From contig NW_027191457.1 in the NCBI RefSeq assembly GCF_011745625.1, positions 496,001 through 560,000 on the forward strand: DNA of 64,000 nucleotides. Direction: 5' to 3'. Position 1 is the stretch's first letter. Every line of letters begins with the position of its first letter. Both the position numbers and the translations under genes were made by a program. Source of the stretch: Cladosporium halotolerans (lineage: Eukaryota). Positions 59,313-64,000 of the stretch are shown piece by piece. The notes below the pieces were generated by a model. That model made no database searches. It was given only the letters and a program-made list of their open reading frames with translations, and was not told the origin of the DNA.

Positions 59313-60239
59313 ATGGACTGTACAATACGTCGTACTTTATTCAGTCACTTGCCCAAAAGACCAGCACAGCTGCTTGTTCGCAGACAAGTCGTTCCCGCCG
59401 CGAGAATGGCAACCTTCAATCTTCCTGGTTCCAACCCGCCTTGCCCCGTCGTTCTCACTGAGAATATAAGCCAAGAGCAACTGCTCTCATATCCGGCATT
59501 CAAGACCTGGCAGAAGGCAGTGCTCAAATCGCTCTCTAGACAATCAGAACCAAATCACGAGTTCAACGATTCACCCTACGCTCTGCGCTCAATCAAGGTT
59601 CAAAGCGTAGACTGGTTTGGCTCTGGCGAAAAGAAACGCTTGGGGTTCGTCAAGTTCCAGGCTCAGATCACAAACGAAAATGGGGAGTATCTTCCTGGCG
59701 CAGTCTTCATGCGGGGCGGATCTGTGGCAATGCTCCTTGTCCTGCAACCGGACGATGTGCCGGAACACGATGAGTCGGAGAAGTACGTGCTTCTAACCGT
59801 CCAGCCTCGGATCGCGGCGGGCTCGTTGTCTTTTGCGGAAATCCCTGCAGGTATGCTCGACGATGCCGGTAGCTTTTCCGGTGGAGCTGCAAAGGAGATC
59901 GAGGAGGAGACTGGGCTGGTGGTGAAGAACGATGAGTTGGTGGACATGACAGCCTTAGCGTTACAGGGAGATGATAATCTGGAGGGGCTGCAGAATGGAG
60001 TCTACACCACGCCCGGGGCATGTGATGAGTTCGTCCCGGTTTTCTTGTATCAGAAGAGAATATCGAGGTCAGAGCTGGAGCACTTCCGGGGAAAGTTGAC
60101 AGGGCTGCGAAACGGAGGTGAGAAAATTACTCTTAAGGTCGTCAAGCTTCAAGATCTCTGGAGAGAAGGTGCGCGGGATGCGAAGACGCTGAGCTCGTGG
60201 GCTTTGTACCAAGGCCTAAAGAAGGATGGGAAGATTTAA
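59313..60239 (+). CDS. Nudix hydrolase (ADP-sugar pyrophosphatase / plant NUDT14-like)
   Basis: VDWFG..LGFVKF, PGAVFMRGGSVAML, EIPAGMLDD..GGAAKEIEEETG Nudix box, GEKITLKVV, DAKTL. Confidence 0.9.
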   Translation: MDCTIRRTLFSHLPKRPAQLLVRRQVVPAARMATFNLPGSNPPCPVVLTENISQEQLLSYPAFKTWQKAVLKSLSRQSEPNHEFNDSPYALRSIKVQSVDWFGSGEKKRLGFVKFQAQITNENGEYLPGAVFMRGGSVAMLLVLQPDDVPEHDESEKYVLLTVQPRIAAGSLSFAEIPAGMLDDAGSFSGGAAKEIEEETGLVVKNDELVDMTALALQGDDNLEGLQNGVYTTPGACDEFVPVFLYQKRISRSELEHFRGKLTGLRNGGEKITLKVVKLQDLWREGARDAKTLSSWALYQGLKKDGKI

Positions 60240-61323
60240 GATGGTGCACCAAGTAGTGTTCCGCGAGACTTAGATGTCACAACCTTTACACACCGCAAGG
60301 AGGCCGTGGTATCCTTTCATACATGTACCTTATAACTGCGGCAGAGCGCAGGATCAACAAAGGATGTTTGCAGCTGCAGCGGCGGCAAAGTGCATAAGAT
60401 GTATGTGCCTAAGTGTGTATGCAACGCGCCCATGGCCACTTGGGCATCGTCGTTTCGGTGGTCAAAACAGCTGGCTGCAGTCTCGCGGCCATACCTCGTC
60501 CAGAGAGGGTCGAACGGGTCGTGGTTGGCTTCGAACCCCCTTGTTCCGTGTTTCAGGATCAGCCCTGTAGGTCGACGTTGGCCTATCATGGCGAGCGTTG
60601 GAGGGCTGTTTCAAAGGCAAGCTTGGCAGGCCGCGGAGCGGCGGGTTTCCCTTCGCTTCGTTGCTTGCATCCAGAAGCGCAGGAGATCCGATCCTCTCCC
60701 CTCCGACTACACCTCCGTCTCCCCGTATCTCACCTCTTGCCTTTTGTATCATCACCCTTTCTCCCCCCACCACGCCGGCCCTTCCCATAACTGTCACGGT
60801 GGCGCCGCGTCCTCCCCCGCCCGTCATCCCCAGCGCACTTTTGTACAACACACCTACGCCTGAGAGCCGTGGTTCTGTCTCTTCTGGGGCACCGCTTAAT
60901 CCAGCCTTTGTCCGCGACCAAAACCTTGACCGTTGCTCAATTGCACCCGTCGCCCTCTCCGGCCGCCACGCTCATTTTGGCCTTGTAGCAACCGCAGCCT
61001 GAAAGCCATCCAAGGAGCAAAGACCTAGATTCGCAGCTCCTCTCGCGGCTCTACCTCACCGGCCCTTCCCGCGACATCCAATTCATCTTTGCTGCAGCCC
61101 CGACAAGATTTAGACGGACCCGCACACCAGCAGCGCAGATACCGCACAATCTAGGTGCACGTGACTGGATCACATGTCAAGTGGTGTTGAAAGAGGCCGG
61201 GCTACGTGCAAAGCGTAAAGAAAGGGCGAAAGATTATCGCATGATCCCACAAAAGAAGCTCTTTGGTCCCTACTCGACAATTTCAGCACACTTCACCTCT
61301 CCAAAGAGCTGAGCATAATCATA

Positions 61324-64000
61324 ATGGCACCCACATCGCGCCCTGACTACAAGCTGAACCTCGAAGGGCTGCCTCAGCTCAATATGGGCGGTACTAGGTC
61401 GGCCAATGGTTCCGCTACCAACTCGCCCATCGAGCCTGCCGGTTCAGGCTTGCGATATCCCCTTGGTAATGGCCTCGGATCTGCAGGCTCTCAGCTTGGC
61501 TCTGGAAGAGCAGGAGCCGGATCTCCCTCAAAAGAGTACGGTAGCCGGTTGTTCCCGAAGCGGTAAGTATTCACCGAGTAGCAGTCCATGAGAGGTATTC
61601 GCCTAACAGCTTTTCAGCGCACGCGAGATCCAAGCCCAGGAAGGCATTTCTCCATCGCTATGGGGCCCGCCGCCTGCAGGCAGCGGCCATTCCACGCCTT
61701 TGCGCGAAATCATCCCCGAATCGCCAGGCAGCGACAGTTTCCCCGACTTTGATGCGGATACCGCGCAAACAGGATTTGCGCCTTCGAGCCAGGGAGCTGC
61801 CAACTCGACTCGGCGTGGGCGCGCCGGCACGGTGCCCTCGCGCTTCCCTCCAATTGGCTCACTAAACGGACTGGGTGGTTCCCAGCCATCGTCTCGGCCT
61901 GCGAGCTCTCAAAACACCCCACCGGGCAGCGTGTATGGATCGGCTACACCATACACGGACTCGCAAGCTACGGCAGGAGCCTCCAATGCAAGCAGCCAGG
62001 CGCTGCTGTCCCGCCTTAGAGCAGGCTCGATGCCGCAGCGGAGTAATCTCATGGGCGGGGGGAGCCCTTTTGGTTCCTCCTTGTTCGCTAGTAACTGGAT
62101 GGCGGGAAGAGATAGAGCGAGCACACTGCAGAGCATCAGGTCCTCTGATGGACCCTCCTCGCCCCGTGATTCGCCTGCGGATAATGACGTGCGTACCTTG
62201 GATTATCTGGGTCTCGTCGATACTCCTCAGCAATCAAGAGGAGGTCTGACGCAAGCGGAAGCCAACATCCTCGCGAGCCAACAGCGTCAAAGGGGCAACT
62301 CTGGCTTCAATGTTGCTGACATGGCTGCTCTCAACTCCTTTTCGAAGAACCCTGCGAACAGGTTCCGGTCTTATTCCGTCAACGCGAAGGAAAAGTATGC
62401 GGACGGTGAGGACGACGATGAGCTCACCGAGTATGAGCAACTTCAACAGATGTACGGTGCTGGCGGATCCATTCCCCAGTCAAGAGACGCGGCAGCTGCG
62501 CAGGCTGCGGCAATTCACGAGGCGGTCAGGCAGCACAACCTTGACGTCCAAGCCTTTGCCACATATGCCAGCTCTAACCGGCCCAGGGCTCGAACTGCTG
62601 GAGTTCTCGACTCTCCAGCAAACCGAACCCTTCGAAGCTACCTTCCCACGCCCTCGCGATTGGACAGTAGCATCAGCGCAGCGGATCTACAAGCTAATGA
62701 TGCCAACGACCTGAACGGTCTGACCAGTGCCGTCCAGGGCATGAATCTCGCGGGAAAGCCTTCCTATGACAGCGGCCTCGAAGCGCCGATGGAGTCGCCG
62801 ACTCGCTCGTTATGGCTCGGCAACATCCCGTCTTCAACTACCGTTTCTTCGTTGAACGTCATTTTCAGTCAATTCGGCGCTATTGAGTTCGCTCGCGTGC
62901 TCACTCACAAGAGCTGCGGCTTTGTCAATTTCGAGAACATCCAGAGCGCAATCACCGCCAAAGCTCAATGCAATGGCAAGGAAATATTCCCTGGTTGTGG
63001 TCCAATTCGCATCGGCTTTGCAAAAGAGCAGAGCGCTTCCAACACCCCCGGTGCCAACGGGATGTATCCCTCGCCCAGCCCGGATCCTTTTGTTGCCAAA
63101 GGAAACGCCGCTCCAGGTACAATCGGCCAAGCAAGCAACAACATCAACGCTGAGACTGCGGCCGCGGCGCTGGTCACGCCAGATTTGCTCCAGCTGCGCG
63201 AGGAGATCTCCACCATCGTATCCCAATTCGGCGCATCTGCAGAGGAGCAGACCAGAATCGATGGAAATCTTGAGAAGGCAATGAAGTTCGACGATTACGC
63301 GCCTGAAGTGCCTCCGATTGGCGAACCGAGTCATAACCGTGTGCATGATGCTCCCCGTTTGAGGGACATCCGCAAGCGAATCGACAACAACTCTTGCACT
63401 CCCATGGAAATCGAGGGCATCGCCATGGACATGCTGCCAGAAATTGCTGAGCTTTCATCGGACTATCTCGGAAACACCGTCGTTCAAAAGTTGTTTGAGC
63501 ACTGCAGTGAAGATACCAAGGAAGCTATGCTTGCAGAGATTGTACCGCATCTTGCTGAGATCGGCGTCCACAAGAACGGCACCTGGGCTGCTCAGAAGAT
63601 CATCGACGTTGCTCGTACACCCAAGCAGATGACTATGATTGCCGAGTCGCTCCAGCCACACGGTGTCAATCTTTTCCTTGACCAATATGGCAACTATGTC
63701 ATGCAGTGTTGCCTGCGTTTCCAGTCACCTCTCAACGACTTCATCTTCGAAACCATGCTTAACAGGCTCTGGAATGTGTCACAAGGAAGATTTGGTGCAC
63801 GTGCTATGAGAGCCTGTCTGGAAAGCCACTTTGCCACCAATGACCAGAAGAGACTCATGGCTGCAGCCATAACTTTGCACAGCGTTCAACTTGCAACCAA
63901 TTCGAACGGTGCCTTGCTTCTCACCTGGTTCTTGGACACTTGCACATTCCCGCGCAGACGATCTGTCCTGGCACCACGTCTGATTCCTCACTTGGTCCAC
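61324..64000 (+). CDS. JSN1: RRM + Pumilio-repeat RNA-binding protein, Jsn1/Puf2-like (3' truncated by window); intron 61563-61617
   Basis: Own translation: RRM SLWLGNIPSSTTVSSLNVIFSQFGAIEFARVLTHKSCGFVNF, then PUF repeats SSDYLGNTVVQKLFE, HKNGTWAAQKIID, DQYGNYVMQCCL, QGRFGARAMRACLE. Confidence 0.9.

Overview
Gene-dense, GC-rich genomic DNA from a filamentous ascomycete. It has short GT-AG introns with CTRAY branch sites; Dothideomycetes is my inference, not established. I can support 27 protein-coding genes (two truncated by the window edges): ERG1, a VelC-like velvet factor, a signal-peptide-bearing aldo-keto reductase, CTP synthase, a CBM48 tail-anchored protein, a retropepsin-like protein, a secreted intradiol dioxygenase, V-ATPase subunit a, an amino-acid permease, MER3, a UDP-Gal transporter, PDA1, HAT1, a ZIP transporter, a DPR dehydrin, SPS19, ATG33, ALG5, a Nudix hydrolase, a Jsn1/Puf2-like protein and others. 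There are also two tRNA genes and a 189-bp TA-flanked MITE upstream of ERG1. The most notable observations are: (1) a [D1,2] spliceosomal twin intron (stwintron) needed to restore the conserved GGQYHWVSE motif of the permease; (2) a Ddi1-like retropepsin domain with Cys in place of the catalytic Asp; (3) the MITE in the squalene epoxidase upstream region; (4) a GC-AG intron with tandem acceptors in MER3; (5) an apparently secretory-pathway AKR. All calls come from reading the sequence by eye and from recalled family motifs; no searches were run.
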